Assembly (NCBI GenBank): GCA_050012475.1
Contig: JBEKHC010000006.1
Location: 17,544 to 81,543 of the forward strand
Direction of reading: 5' to 3'
From: Candidatus Velthaea sp.
GTDB lineage: Bacteria; Vulcanimicrobiota; Vulcanimicrobiia; Vulcanimicrobiales; Vulcanimicrobiaceae
DNA: 64,000 nt
Shown: positions 18,376 through 27,431 of the stretch, piece after piece
Layout of the letters: every line of letters starts with the position of its first letter
Numbering within the stretch: the first letter of the stretch is position 1
Made by a program: the position numbers and the translations under genes
The notes under the pieces: model-generated
Database searches by the model: none
What the model was told of the DNA's origin: nothing
The model's input: only the letters and a program-made list of their open reading frames with translations

Positions 18376-21021
18376 CTACTTTGCCGTCGTGGAGCGCCGC
18401 AACATATCGGCACTTTGTGCCAAAGCCACAGCGTAACGCGGGCTCGTACAGCCCAGCTTGCGACACAGCGATCGGATCAATGATTCAACCATTTCTTCGG
18501 TGCGTCCGGAAAGGAGGGCAATTTCGTCGGCTTTGAGACCCTCGGACAAGTGAATGAGGACATCCCGCTCGCGGTCGGTAAGCTGAGAGAACTGCTGGGC
18601 GAACGTTTCCGGTAAGGGCAACGCTTCGATCAACAGACCGATGCCCCCAAAATCACAAGCGTCGAGCGTGGCCAGCGCTTCGCGCAGATCAGCCGAGTAG
18701 CGGCCACGCGACCAGCGGTCGTTGATGGTTCGAATCGCTTCGACCAGCTGCTGGAATCGCGGGGTCAGCGTGTTGGAGCGGCTCAGCCGTGAAAGCAAGC
18801 GTGCCGCTCGCTGATGAAAACCGAGCAGCGTCAGCGTCAGGGCAACATACGACTTGGCGAACGCAACCGCTTTCGCCGACGGCTCTGCTTTAGCGGCAAG
18901 CTTCAAAGCCGGCTGCACGGCCGCAACGGCCTCAGCGTGGAGGCCGGCTGCAGCTGCGTACAGCGCGATCTCGGCGTAGCGCTGCGATTGACGCATTGGA
19001 GTGATTTGTTTCTCCGCAGTCGTAGCGAGGAGGCGGTAAGCGCGGTGGAAATCGCCCGTCCAGGTTGCGCGCAGTGCCTGTGCGGGCAGCAGCATCTCGC
19101 TAGCGAACACAGAGTAATTTACTTCAAGGGCCTGAAGTGCCTCGTCCAGGCGCGCGCTTTCGTGTAAATTTCCCCGCAGCACCTCGATCTCGAACTGGCC
19201 GAGCGTAGCGTAAACGAGCAAGTTCCGGCTGCCCGCTTTGATGCTGCACGACGCAAGCTGATCTAGATACGATCGACCTGCGCGCACGTCGTCTTCGTAG
19301 TCCATCGCGATATTGTAAAGAATGCTCAACGCTCGCGCGGCGATGTCGTACAGATGAGACGCAAACGCGGTCTCGACGGCTTGGCGGGCGTATGCCTTGG
19401 CACGTTCGGGATCGCGCGCAAAAAAGGCAACGTATCCGGCCTGAAAATACAACTTCGCCCGCACCGATGCGTCGCTAACGTCGGAAAGCTGCTCGAGAGC
19501 GCGTTCGATCGTCAGTGCGGCAAGCTCGCCTTGTTGATGCGTCGCGTACGCGGTGGCGAGCAGACCGGCCAGGGAAACGGCAAGCGCGAGGTCGTGTCCG
19601 CCCTCCGCGACAATCGGTTGCAGCAGATCGATCGCGTCGCGCCGGTCCTGGCGCACCAGGTCGGTCGCAAAGCGAAACACGATCGCGCCGCGCTGGCCGA
19701 AGTCTTCGACATGCGCGATCGCATCGCGAAACCACGCTTCAGCGACGTCGAAACTTCCGTGCAGCGATTCCAAGCTCGCCTTCACCGCGAGCGCGACGGG
19801 GAATTCAGAAAATTCGACGTCGCTGAGCGCATTGAGCGCCCCGTAGATGAGATCGGTCTCGCCGCGATCGATCAGCTCGAAACCGCGCTCGCTCAGCAGA
19901 CGCGCGAGAGGCACCACGTCGTGCAATTCGGTATACAGCTCGATGGCGTCGGTCCAACGTCCGACCCGTCCGCAGACGGCGGCCGAGGCCGTGCCGATCT
20001 CGCGGTACGAGGGATCGGGACCGGCGCGCAGCCGCTGCTCGAGGAACGCGCGAAATAACTCGTGGTAGCGATACCCGCGGGGACCTTCACGGAAGATGAT
20101 CGCGCCTGCGCTGCAGAGCCGATCGAGCATCGGCGCAGCGTCGTGCCAGCCCGCTGCTTCGAGCAACGCGACGTCGAAATGCTTGTAGAGGCACGTCTGG
20201 AGGAGAAAGCGCCGTTCGTTGTCCGGTCGTGCCGCAAGGGCCCGTTCGGCGAAGTACGCGTATGAGTGCGCGTCCGGTTCATCGACGAGCATCGCGAGCC
20301 CGGGTATGTCGCTCAAGGCGAGGGCGGTTGCCGCCGGCCAGTTGTCCGTCATGCGGGAAAGTGCGAGTACCGTCGTGCGCGAGATCGGTGCCCCGGAGCG
20401 TTCGACGGCGACGCTTAAATCGTCGGGGGTGAGCGCCAAGTCGATATCGTCCAGCGGCAAATCGAGCCGATCGTTGGCCAACCAGCGCGCGATCGGAAAA
20501 CGGTCGGCGCTTTCGGCGACGAGTACCCAACGGATCGTCGTCCGGTCGGTCTGATCGACCAGTTCGGTGAGCAGGCCGAATAGCCGTTCATCCGTTACGT
20601 TCTGCAGCCCATCGATCATGACGGTAAGGTCGAGCGAGACCAGATGGCCCGCGGCCCACGCGGCGATCTTCTTCGGCCCTTCGTCCGCATTGTGCATGCG
20701 GTCGTACACGCCCAGGAACGAGGTGCGTAAAGCCGGGACCAGATCGCCCAAGCAATTCGTAAAGGCCCGCATGAAACCGAGCAAATCGCCCTGATTCGAC
20801 GCCAGTTCTAGACACCGGTACGGGCGACCAGTGGCTTTGAAGAATTCGCGCAGCACCGTGCTCTTGCCGAAGCCCGTGGGAGCGGACACCACCAAAATGG
20901 GGAAATCGACCGCTCGTTCCAGCCGCTTGAATGCGCGCGTACGGGCCGCAGACAAGAGCGCTTGCGCGCTATGCCGCGCTGTTGCGGCGGAGGTTTGCAC
21001 GTGCGACACGATGTCACTCAC
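18376..21021 (-). CDS. MalT-like STAND ATPase / TPR / LuxR-HTH transcriptional regulator
   Basis: VVSAPTGFGKST P-loop, TDNWPAATALA, YRYHELFRAFL, helical repeats, C-terminal LTDRERDVLIHLSEGLKADEIA LuxR-type HTH. Confidence 0.85.
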   Translation of the reverse strand: MSDIVSHVQTSAATARHSAQALLSAARTRAFKRLERAVDFPILVVSAPTGFGKSTVLREFFKATGRPYRCLELASNQGDLLGFMRAFTNCLGDLVPALRTSFLGVYDRMHNADEGPKKIAAWAAGHLVSLDLTVMIDGLQNVTDERLFGLLTELVDQTDRTTIRWVLVAESADRFPIARWLANDRLDLPLDDIDLALTPDDLSVAVERSGAPISRTTVLALSRMTDNWPAATALALSDIPGLAMLVDEPDAHSYAYFAERALAARPDNERRFLLQTCLYKHFDVALLEAAGWHDAAPMLDRLCSAGAIIFREGPRGYRYHELFRAFLEQRLRAGPDPSYREIGTASAAVCGRVGRWTDAIELYTELHDVVPLARLLSERGFELIDRGETDLIYGALNALSDVEFSEFPVALAVKASLESLHGSFDVAEAWFRDAIAHVEDFGQRGAIVFRFATDLVRQDRRDAIDLLQPIVAEGGHDLALAVSLAGLLATAYATHQQGELAALTIERALEQLSDVSDASVRAKLYFQAGYVAFFARDPERAKAYARQAVETAFASHLYDIAARALSILYNIAMDYEDDVRAGRSYLDQLASCSIKAGSRNLLVYATLGQFEIEVLRGNLHESARLDEALQALEVNYSVFASEMLLPAQALRATWTGDFHRAYRLLATTAEKQITPMRQSQRYAEIALYAAAAGLHAEAVAAVQPALKLAAKAEPSAKAVAFAKSYVALTLTLLGFHQRAARLLSRLSRSNTLTPRFQQLVEAIRTINDRWSRGRYSADLREALATLDACDFGGIGLLIEALPLPETFAQQFSQLTDRERDVLIHLSEGLKADEIALLSGRTEEMVESLIRSLCRKLGCTSPRYAVALAQSADMLRRSTTAK

Positions 21022-21256
21022 GTGCGAACCCGCCCCTCACGTGCAAGCGTACACGGCCCGATCGCGAGCGGTCGCCGGGCACAGCGCAAACGACCGCGTC
21101 CGACGAACGCCTAGGCGCATCGATCTTCCTTCGCTCTCACTCACCTTAAAATCCAGTCCGCAGAATAGATCAAAAGTTACGCGTACCGCGCCCGCAGCAT
21201 TCGCAATAAAATAAACAGTAACAGTTTCGCGCGCTTTCGTCACTGAGAATCGTTCA

Positions 21257-21290
21257 GACTTGACACGCGCCAAGTCAACCAGGCTATAAC
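21257..21290 (+). promoter_or_regulatory. Sigma70-like promoter TTGACA-19bp-TATAAC with overlapping dyad GACTTG-N8-CAAGTC
   Basis: TTGACA 21260-21265, TATAAC 21285-21290, dyad arms 21257-21262 and 21271-21276. Confidence 0.5.
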
Positions 21291-21489
21291 AACTGCCGCG
21301 CGAGCCGATAGACTTCATAATGCTGAAAACGTCCGGGCGCTGGTCGCGTTTGGTTTCCCGCAGAGGTTGCATGTCAGGTTTCGTACTGCAGCCCGGCTTC
21401 TCGTTCGCACGCTCTTCTTGTCGAGCGCAGTGCGACGCGGCGTGCAGCACGTACTGCGAGCGAACGAGCCGCGTGACGGTTGGCCCGAC

Positions 21490-24471
21490 ATGTTGAGCAA
21501 ACGGCCGGCGAGCGCATTAGCGCCGCGCGGCACGATCGTGCTGGCGGAAGACGATGCAGCCACCCGCATCGTTCTGTGCCGAATGCTCTCCAATGAGAAT
21601 TTCCGTGTCGTCGCCGTCGAAAACGGCCGCCTTGCCTGTGAAGCCGTGCGACGCGAGCGTCCGGACGTCATCGTGCTGGACTGGCTGATGCCGGTTATGG
21701 ACGGCCGCGCAGCGGTCGAGGAGTTGAAGTCGAGCGTTCAAACGCGCAGCATCCCGATCGTCATGCTCACGAGTCTCTCGCAGGTCGACGAACGGATCAT
21801 CGCGCTCGAATCGGGCGTGCAAGATTTCTTGAGCAAACCATGCGATCCGCGCGAGCTGATCGCTTGCATCGAACAGCAGCTGCGCTGGCGCCAGGGTCTG
21901 GCCGTCGACGCGGACGCCGCGTTCATTGCCGAACGCGACGCAATCCGCGCGGCGAACGAACGCCGGTACCGTTTGCTAACCGAAGCAATGCCGCACATCG
22001 TGTGGATCGCGGATTCACACGGAGAGATCACCTATTTCAATCGCGCCTGGTGGGACTATGCGGGCGGTTCGCCGGAAAGCAGTGTCGGCGCCCATTGGGC
22101 GTCGGCCGTCCATCCGGACGATCGCGCGCGCTCGCAAGCACCTTGGCCCGCGGCGTTGGCGACCGGAAAACCGTACGAAGTGCAATGCCGTCTGCGGCGC
22201 AAGGCGGACGGCATGTATCGCTGGCATCTCGTGCGCGCCATTCCGACGAACGACGAGCACGGCGCCGTCATCGAATGGGTGGGCTCATGCGCCGACATCC
22301 ACGACTACAAGATCGCCAGCGAAACGCGCGCTATCCTGGATTCGATCGGCAGCATCGTGGCAATTCGAACCGAGGACGGCTTCGTCGATTATGCCAGCCC
22401 GTGTTGGAATCAGCACACCGGATCGCCCGTCGGTTCGGCGCTAGGCTTCGGCTGGCGTGACTTCGTCCATCCCGACGACCTGCCCGTCGTCGAGCACAGC
22501 CGCACCTCGTTCTCCGCGAGCGACAACGACCCGCACCAATACGAGATGCGGTTGCGCGGACGCGACGGCCGCTATCGCTGGTTTTTGACGCAGACGACGG
22601 TGCTCCCCGAAACGCCCGACGCCCCACACCGCTGGATCGACACATCGACCGACATCGACGAGTTCAAGCGCACGCAATCCGCCTTGGCAAATAGCGAAGC
22701 GCGCTACCGCGCGCTAACCGACTCGATGCCGCAGCTGGTGTGGGTCATGGGCGAGTCGGTTTGTGAATACGTCAATCACCGCTGGTCGGAGTACACCGGT
22801 TTCGATCTTGGCGCGACGCGCAGCGCCGGTCCCGCTGCGCTCGTCCATGACGACGATCGTGCGGCGCTCGAAGCAATTTCGACGGCAGCGCCCGATCTCG
22901 AATATACGTGTGAGGCTCGCTTTCGACGCAACGACGGCACGTATCGTTGGCACGCCGTACGCGCGGTGGCTTTCGACGGCGCAGGTGAAACGTCGCCGAA
23001 GTGGATTGGAACCGCGACCGATATCGAAGACAGCAAGGCCGCCGCGACGCTGCTGGCGGGAACCGCCGCCGCCCTCGAGCATCTCGCCCACCACGATCCG
23101 ATGACGAACCTGGCCAACCGGCGGCTGCTCGAAGAGCGTCTTTCGCAGGCCATCGCCTTGGCGCAACGCGCCAAAACCGAAGTGCTCGTGCTTTACCTCG
23201 ATCTCGATCGCTTCAAGATCGTCAATGATACGCGCGGCCATGCTGCCGGCGACCGCGTCTTGGCCGTGACGGGCGAACGGATCGCCGACGCGCTGCGTAC
23301 CGGAGACACGGCCGGACGCGTCGGCGGCGACGAGTTCGTGCTGGTCTGCGCGACATCGGAGGCAAAACACGAAGCAGGAAGGCTCGCAACTCGTTTGCTC
23401 CACGCCGTGAACGAGCCGATCGAGATCGACGGCACATCGGTTAGCATCGGCGTCAGCATCGGCATCAGCTTGTATCCGTCCGATGGCACGACCGTCACGG
23501 AGTTGATCCGCAAGGCCGACAGTGCGATGTACGCCGCCAAACAAAGCGGCCGCAACTTGTTTCACCTCTTTCAAGAGGAAACGCACAGCTCCATCGTCGC
23601 GGCGATCGAACTCGAGGCAGAGCTCCACGCAGCCGTCGCCGAGCGTCAAATCGTGGTGCACTACCAGCCGATCGTCAGTCTGCGAACCAACCGGCTCATC
23701 GGCGCCGAAGCCCTCGTGCGTTGGCTGCATCCGCAGCGCGGACTGCTGCAGCCCGCCGATTTTCTGGCCTTTGCCGAACAGCACTGGCTCATGGGCGAGA
23801 TCAGTGCGATCGTTCTCGACGCCGTCTGCGCGCAGATCGCGGCCCTCGGGCCGAGCGTCCCCGACGGTTTTCACATCTCGATGAACGTCTCCGCGCGCCA
23901 GCTCATCCAACCCGGCTGGGTCGCGCAAGTTGCCGACGCGCTGCGGCTGCACGGTGCGCAAGCACGGTATTTGCAGATCGAACTAGGCGAAAGCATCGTC
24001 ACCGCGGAGGCCCGCTCGATTCGGGCGGTGCTCGACGACCTGCGAGCGTTGGGCGTCTCGCTCTCGATCGATGATTTCGGCACCGGCCTCGGATCGCTGG
24101 CGTCGATCAAAGACTTTCCGCTGCACACGCTCAAGATCGACCGCTCGTTCGTCGAGCGGATCGTCACCAATTCGAGCGATCAAGCCGTGGCCAAAACGAT
24201 CATCATGCTCGCGCACAGTCTCGGATTCAAGGTCGTGGCAGCGGGCGTCGAAACGCCGGATCAAATCGCTGCATTGCGAGCTTTCGGATCCGACGCGTTT
24301 CAAGGCTACCTCGCCAGCCCGCCGATCGCGGCGGAGGAGCTAACCGCTTTCGTCGCGCGGCATGAACCGCGCGGCTTGCCGGTCGTGTACGCCGAATTCC
24401 AATCGACCGATTCTGCCGAAATCACTACCGTGTCCGGTGGGGCAACCGAACCCGGCCACCCCGCCCATTAG
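21490..24471 (+). CDS. REC-PAS-PAS-PAS-GGDEF-EAL c-di-GMP enzyme
   Basis: IVLAEDD..LDWLMPVMDG receiver; three PAS/PAC units (VHPDD..YRW); HDPMTNLANR, RTGD I-site, GGDEF; EALVRW. Start approximate (ORF open from 21367). Confidence 0.9.
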   Translation: MLSKRPASALAPRGTIVLAEDDAATRIVLCRMLSNENFRVVAVENGRLACEAVRRERPDVIVLDWLMPVMDGRAAVEELKSSVQTRSIPIVMLTSLSQVDERIIALESGVQDFLSKPCDPRELIACIEQQLRWRQGLAVDADAAFIAERDAIRAANERRYRLLTEAMPHIVWIADSHGEITYFNRAWWDYAGGSPESSVGAHWASAVHPDDRARSQAPWPAALATGKPYEVQCRLRRKADGMYRWHLVRAIPTNDEHGAVIEWVGSCADIHDYKIASETRAILDSIGSIVAIRTEDGFVDYASPCWNQHTGSPVGSALGFGWRDFVHPDDLPVVEHSRTSFSASDNDPHQYEMRLRGRDGRYRWFLTQTTVLPETPDAPHRWIDTSTDIDEFKRTQSALANSEARYRALTDSMPQLVWVMGESVCEYVNHRWSEYTGFDLGATRSAGPAALVHDDDRAALEAISTAAPDLEYTCEARFRRNDGTYRWHAVRAVAFDGAGETSPKWIGTATDIEDSKAAATLLAGTAAALEHLAHHDPMTNLANRRLLEERLSQAIALAQRAKTEVLVLYLDLDRFKIVNDTRGHAAGDRVLAVTGERIADALRTGDTAGRVGGDEFVLVCATSEAKHEAGRLATRLLHAVNEPIEIDGTSVSIGVSIGISLYPSDGTTVTELIRKADSAMYAAKQSGRNLFHLFQEETHSSIVAAIELEAELHAAVAERQIVVHYQPIVSLRTNRLIGAEALVRWLHPQRGLLQPADFLAFAEQHWLMGEISAIVLDAVCAQIAALGPSVPDGFHISMNVSARQLIQPGWVAQVADALRLHGAQARYLQIELGESIVTAEARSIRAVLDDLRALGVSLSIDDFGTGLGSLASIKDFPLHTLKIDRSFVERIVTNSSDQAVAKTIIMLAHSLGFKVVAAGVETPDQIAALRAFGSDAFQGYLASPPIAAEELTAFVARHEPRGLPVVYAEFQSTDSAEITTVSGGATEPGHPAH

Positions 24472-24503
24472 GATTAAGCGAGCTCTTTGAGCTCGCGTAA
24501 TCC
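24471..24503. terminator. Hairpin between convergent genes
   Basis: GGATTAAGCGAGCTC-TTT-GAGCTCGCGTAATCC near-perfect stem right after the stop codon. Confidence 0.55.
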
Positions 24504-24531
24504 GTGACGTTTACCTCTTCGGGCCGAAACG

Positions 24532-24680
24532 CCGCGGCGTTCGGCGCCGCGCGCCTAGCCGCGGTTGCCTTCGCGGCTTCGCCCAATCCGTGACATTCGG
24601 CGTTGCGCACCCAGCCTTGGCCGCTATTAGGCCATCGGCCGACCCGCGGCGTTCGGCGCTATGCGCCGAGCCGCGGTTGC
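24532..24680. repeat. Two REP-like palindromic copies (24532-24568, 24644-24680)
   Basis: ccgcggcgttcggcgccgcgcgcctagccgcggttgc vs ccgcggcgttcggcgctatgcgccgagccgcggttgc. Confidence 0.7.
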
Positions 24681-24706
24681 GTTTGGGCTTTGCCGGGAGT
24701 CCGTTT

Positions 24707-26137
24707 TTAGAACAGATTCCAGAGATACTGGTTGTACACTTCGTGGTGGTATTGTACTTCCTCGGGCTTCACGAACGTGCCTAACAGCTTCGGACAGCGG
24801 TCTGCGCTGGCTTGTTTGAGGTCGGCATACCGCGCCTTGACGTCCTCGCCGAGCAAGGTGCTCACCCACTGCGAAGAACGGAAATCGGCCAGCGCATCGT
24901 AGATGTTGTCGGGCAAGTAGCGATCGGCTTGGCGCAGGTTTTCGGTGCTGCTGATCGAGCCTTCCAGGCCCGTCTTGAAGACCGACAACAAGACCATGTA
25001 CGGGTTCGCATCCGGCGCGACCGAGCGCATCTCGACGCGCGAACTGCGTTCGTTGCCGAGCGGAACGCGAATCATCGAACCGCGGTCGACGGCTGAAGCC
25101 TTGATTTGATTCGGCGCCTCGAAGTGCGGATCGAGCCGGCGGAACGCATTGACGCTGGCATTGAACACCAAGCACGTATCGCGGCCGACCGACAAGATGC
25201 GATCGATGAACTGCCAGCCGAAGTCGCTGAGCTTCTCTTCGCCGGCCGGATCCCACATCAGGTTTTTGCCGTTCTGAGAGACCGAAACGTTGGTGTGCAT
25301 CCCGCTGCCGTTGACGCCGACGACGGGTTTGGGCAAGAAGCTCGCCGTCATCCCGAGATTCGTGGCGACTTGGCGGCAAATGAGCTTGTAGAGCTGAATC
25401 GTGTCGGCGCCCGCCGTTACTTCACCGTAACCGTAGTTGATCTCGAATTGCGACGGCGCGACCTCGGGATGATCCTTCTCATTCTCGAAGCCCATCGCGC
25501 GCTGCACTTCGGCGACCGTGTCGATGAAGGTTCGCAGCGGATCGCCGGGCAGCGAATGATAGTAGCCGCCGGTGTTGACGTAATCGAATTTGCCGGTTTT
25601 ATAGAAGTGCTGTTCGGCGTCGGCACCTTCGAAGACGAACCCTTCGATCTCGTTGGCCGCATTGAGCGTGTATCCGTTTTTCTCGAAATGCGTGTTCGAG
25701 AAGGCCTTGAGAATACCGCGAATGTCGGCGGGGAACGGCGAACCGTCTTTGTCGATCACGTCGCCGAACACCAGCACTTTGCCCGACCCGAAGACGTCGG
25801 CCGGCGTCCAATAGAACGCGCTCCAATCCACGAACAACCGCAGGTCGCTCTCCTTTTGCGCCGTGAAGCCGCGAATCGACGAGCCGTCAAAGGTGAGATT
25901 GTCGCTCGACTTGATCAAAAATTTCTTATCGTAGTCGAGCATGTGCAAACGGCCTTCAAGATCGCTGAACAACAGCGTGACGGCCTTGATCCGCTTCTCA
26001 TCGGCAAGATATTTGATCCGCTTTTCTTGCAGCACATGCAGCGGGACGCGTTTCTTTCGCTCCTCTTTTGCCGCCAAGTTAAGCTCTTCGAGCTCGCTGT
26101 ACGGCAACTCGAGAAAGTCGCGTAAGTTGGTCGTCAT
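24707..26137 (-). CDS. glnA: Glutamine synthetase type I
   Basis: FDGSSIRGF..ESDL, HPEVAPSQFEI, FLPKPVVGVNGSGMH, RRLDPHFEAP, RVEMRSVAPDANPY; AAGGAG upstream. Confidence 0.92.
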   Translation of the reverse strand: MTTNLRDFLELPYSELEELNLAAKEERKKRVPLHVLQEKRIKYLADEKRIKAVTLLFSDLEGRLHMLDYDKKFLIKSSDNLTFDGSSIRGFTAQKESDLRLFVDWSAFYWTPADVFGSGKVLVFGDVIDKDGSPFPADIRGILKAFSNTHFEKNGYTLNAANEIEGFVFEGADAEQHFYKTGKFDYVNTGGYYHSLPGDPLRTFIDTVAEVQRAMGFENEKDHPEVAPSQFEINYGYGEVTAGADTIQLYKLICRQVATNLGMTASFLPKPVVGVNGSGMHTNVSVSQNGKNLMWDPAGEEKLSDFGWQFIDRILSVGRDTCLVFNASVNAFRRLDPHFEAPNQIKASAVDRGSMIRVPLGNERSSRVEMRSVAPDANPYMVLLSVFKTGLEGSISSTENLRQADRYLPDNIYDALADFRSSQWVSTLLGEDVKARYADLKQASADRCPKLLGTFVKPEEVQYHHEVYNQYLWNLF

Positions 26138-26495
26138 ATGATTATTTTGAAACTCCTTGACGTGCCCCGGTTTGAGGCGCAAATCGCGTGAGACCGGCGG
26201 GAACGGTGCGTAGTTAGCAGCCTATAGCCGAATTCCTCGCTTTAATTGGGTGACCAACCGGCTCACTTTTCTTTAAAAGAACAAAGGTTGTCCGGGGAAC
26301 AATGTCCGCCCGCCGAGCATGGAAGCACTCCCAGGTCGCCCCTCGCAAACAACGGAATAGCTCTTCTCGCTCCTTCCCCCGGCGTCCGAGGCACGTGAAC
26401 GAAAGGAAAATGGTGCTCAGCGACCGCGTTCCCTCGACTAATGCTCTGGTGAGCCCCCCGGCAGCGGTGTCCGCCGCCTTCGCAGGGTGGCGTCG

Positions 26496-26738
26496 ATGAC
26501 GCTGCGCGCCGTGATTGTGTTCGCGCTGCTCGCGGCGATCGTCATTCCGGTGGTTGTGGCGGAGTTGCGGCGGTTTCGTCCACGGCCCGGAAGCCGTACG
26601 AGCGCGCCGCGCCCGCCCAAACACGCGGCGGCCGCAAAAACGCCGCTCCGGCTCGTCGTCAACCGGAACGACATGGACCGCGAACTCGCCGCCCTGCTGG
26701 CCAAGAATAGCCGCGAGACGCCGGAGCCGGACGAATAG
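26496..26738 (+). CDS. Small hypothetical membrane protein
   Basis: N-terminal hydrophobic helix with basic tail (PLRLVVNRNDMDREL); 5 bp before the next gene. Confidence 0.55.
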   Translation: MTLRAVIVFALLAAIVIPVVVAELRRFRPRPGSRTSAPRPPKHAAAAKTPLRLVVNRNDMDRELAALLAKNSRETPEPDE

Positions 26739-26743
26739 CCCGG

Positions 26744-27163
26744 ATGCGCGGGCTCGCCGCCGGACTGGGCTTGGCCATCATCGCGGCCGGGTGCTCGCCG
26801 GCGCCGACCTCGACCACCGACCGTTGCGACCCGGCCGCTTTCCGCAGCGTGCAAGCCGCGCGCGCCGGCCACGCGGAGGTAACGCTGTGCGGAACGGTCG
26901 TGCGGACCGGCCGCGTGCGCCGTTCGCGCAGCGGTGTGCACCGCGTTTTCATTGTCGACGTCGGGAACGGCGACCGCGTCCAAATCGACGCGAATGTCGA
27001 CATCATGGGAGACTTTCCCATTCGCAGCGGCGAGTACGCCGTGATCCGCGGCGAATATTATTACGACGCCCCCGGCCGCGACGGCGTTCACTGGACACAC
27101 CGCACCGATCGCGGGAGCCATCCGCCCGGCTACGTCACGCTCGACGGCGTGACGTACCGTTAA
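26744..27163 (+). CDS. DUF3465-like lipoprotein
   Basis: Lipobox AAGC, HRVFIV, IRGEYYYD..GVHWTH..HPPGYVTLDGVTY. Confidence 0.75.
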   Translation: MRGLAAGLGLAIIAAGCSPAPTSTTDRCDPAAFRSVQAARAGHAEVTLCGTVVRTGRVRRSRSGVHRVFIVDVGNGDRVQIDANVDIMGDFPIRSGEYAVIRGEYYYDAPGRDGVHWTHRTDRGSHPPGYVTLDGVTYR

Positions 27164-27170
27164 CCCGCTC

Positions 27171-27431
27171 TCAGCGCTGCGCGCGAGCGTCGAGAAACGC
27201 CGAGCCCAGCGCGGCTAGTCCGAGCAGCGACACGACCGCGATCGCGGCGCCGTTGCCGGCAAAGTGAAACGGCACGACGGCGACCAGGCCGATCGCGGCA
27301 ACGATGGTGAGCACGCGCGTGCGCTGGGTGTAGCGGCTGCAGTTGCGCTTGCGCGTCATATAGAGGAAGAACGCATACAACACCAAGCCGGCCAGCTCGT
27401 ACGGATAACCGGCGTCGAGGACGGCATTCAT
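27171..27431 (-). CDS. Small hypothetical membrane protein (3 predicted TM helices)
   Basis: MNAVLDAGYPYELAGLVLYAFFLY...; ATGA overlap with the SBP stop. Confidence 0.6.
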   Translation of the reverse strand: MNAVLDAGYPYELAGLVLYAFFLYMTRKRNCSRYTQRTRVLTIVAAIGLVAVVPFHFAGNGAAIAVVSLLGLAALGSAFLDARAQR

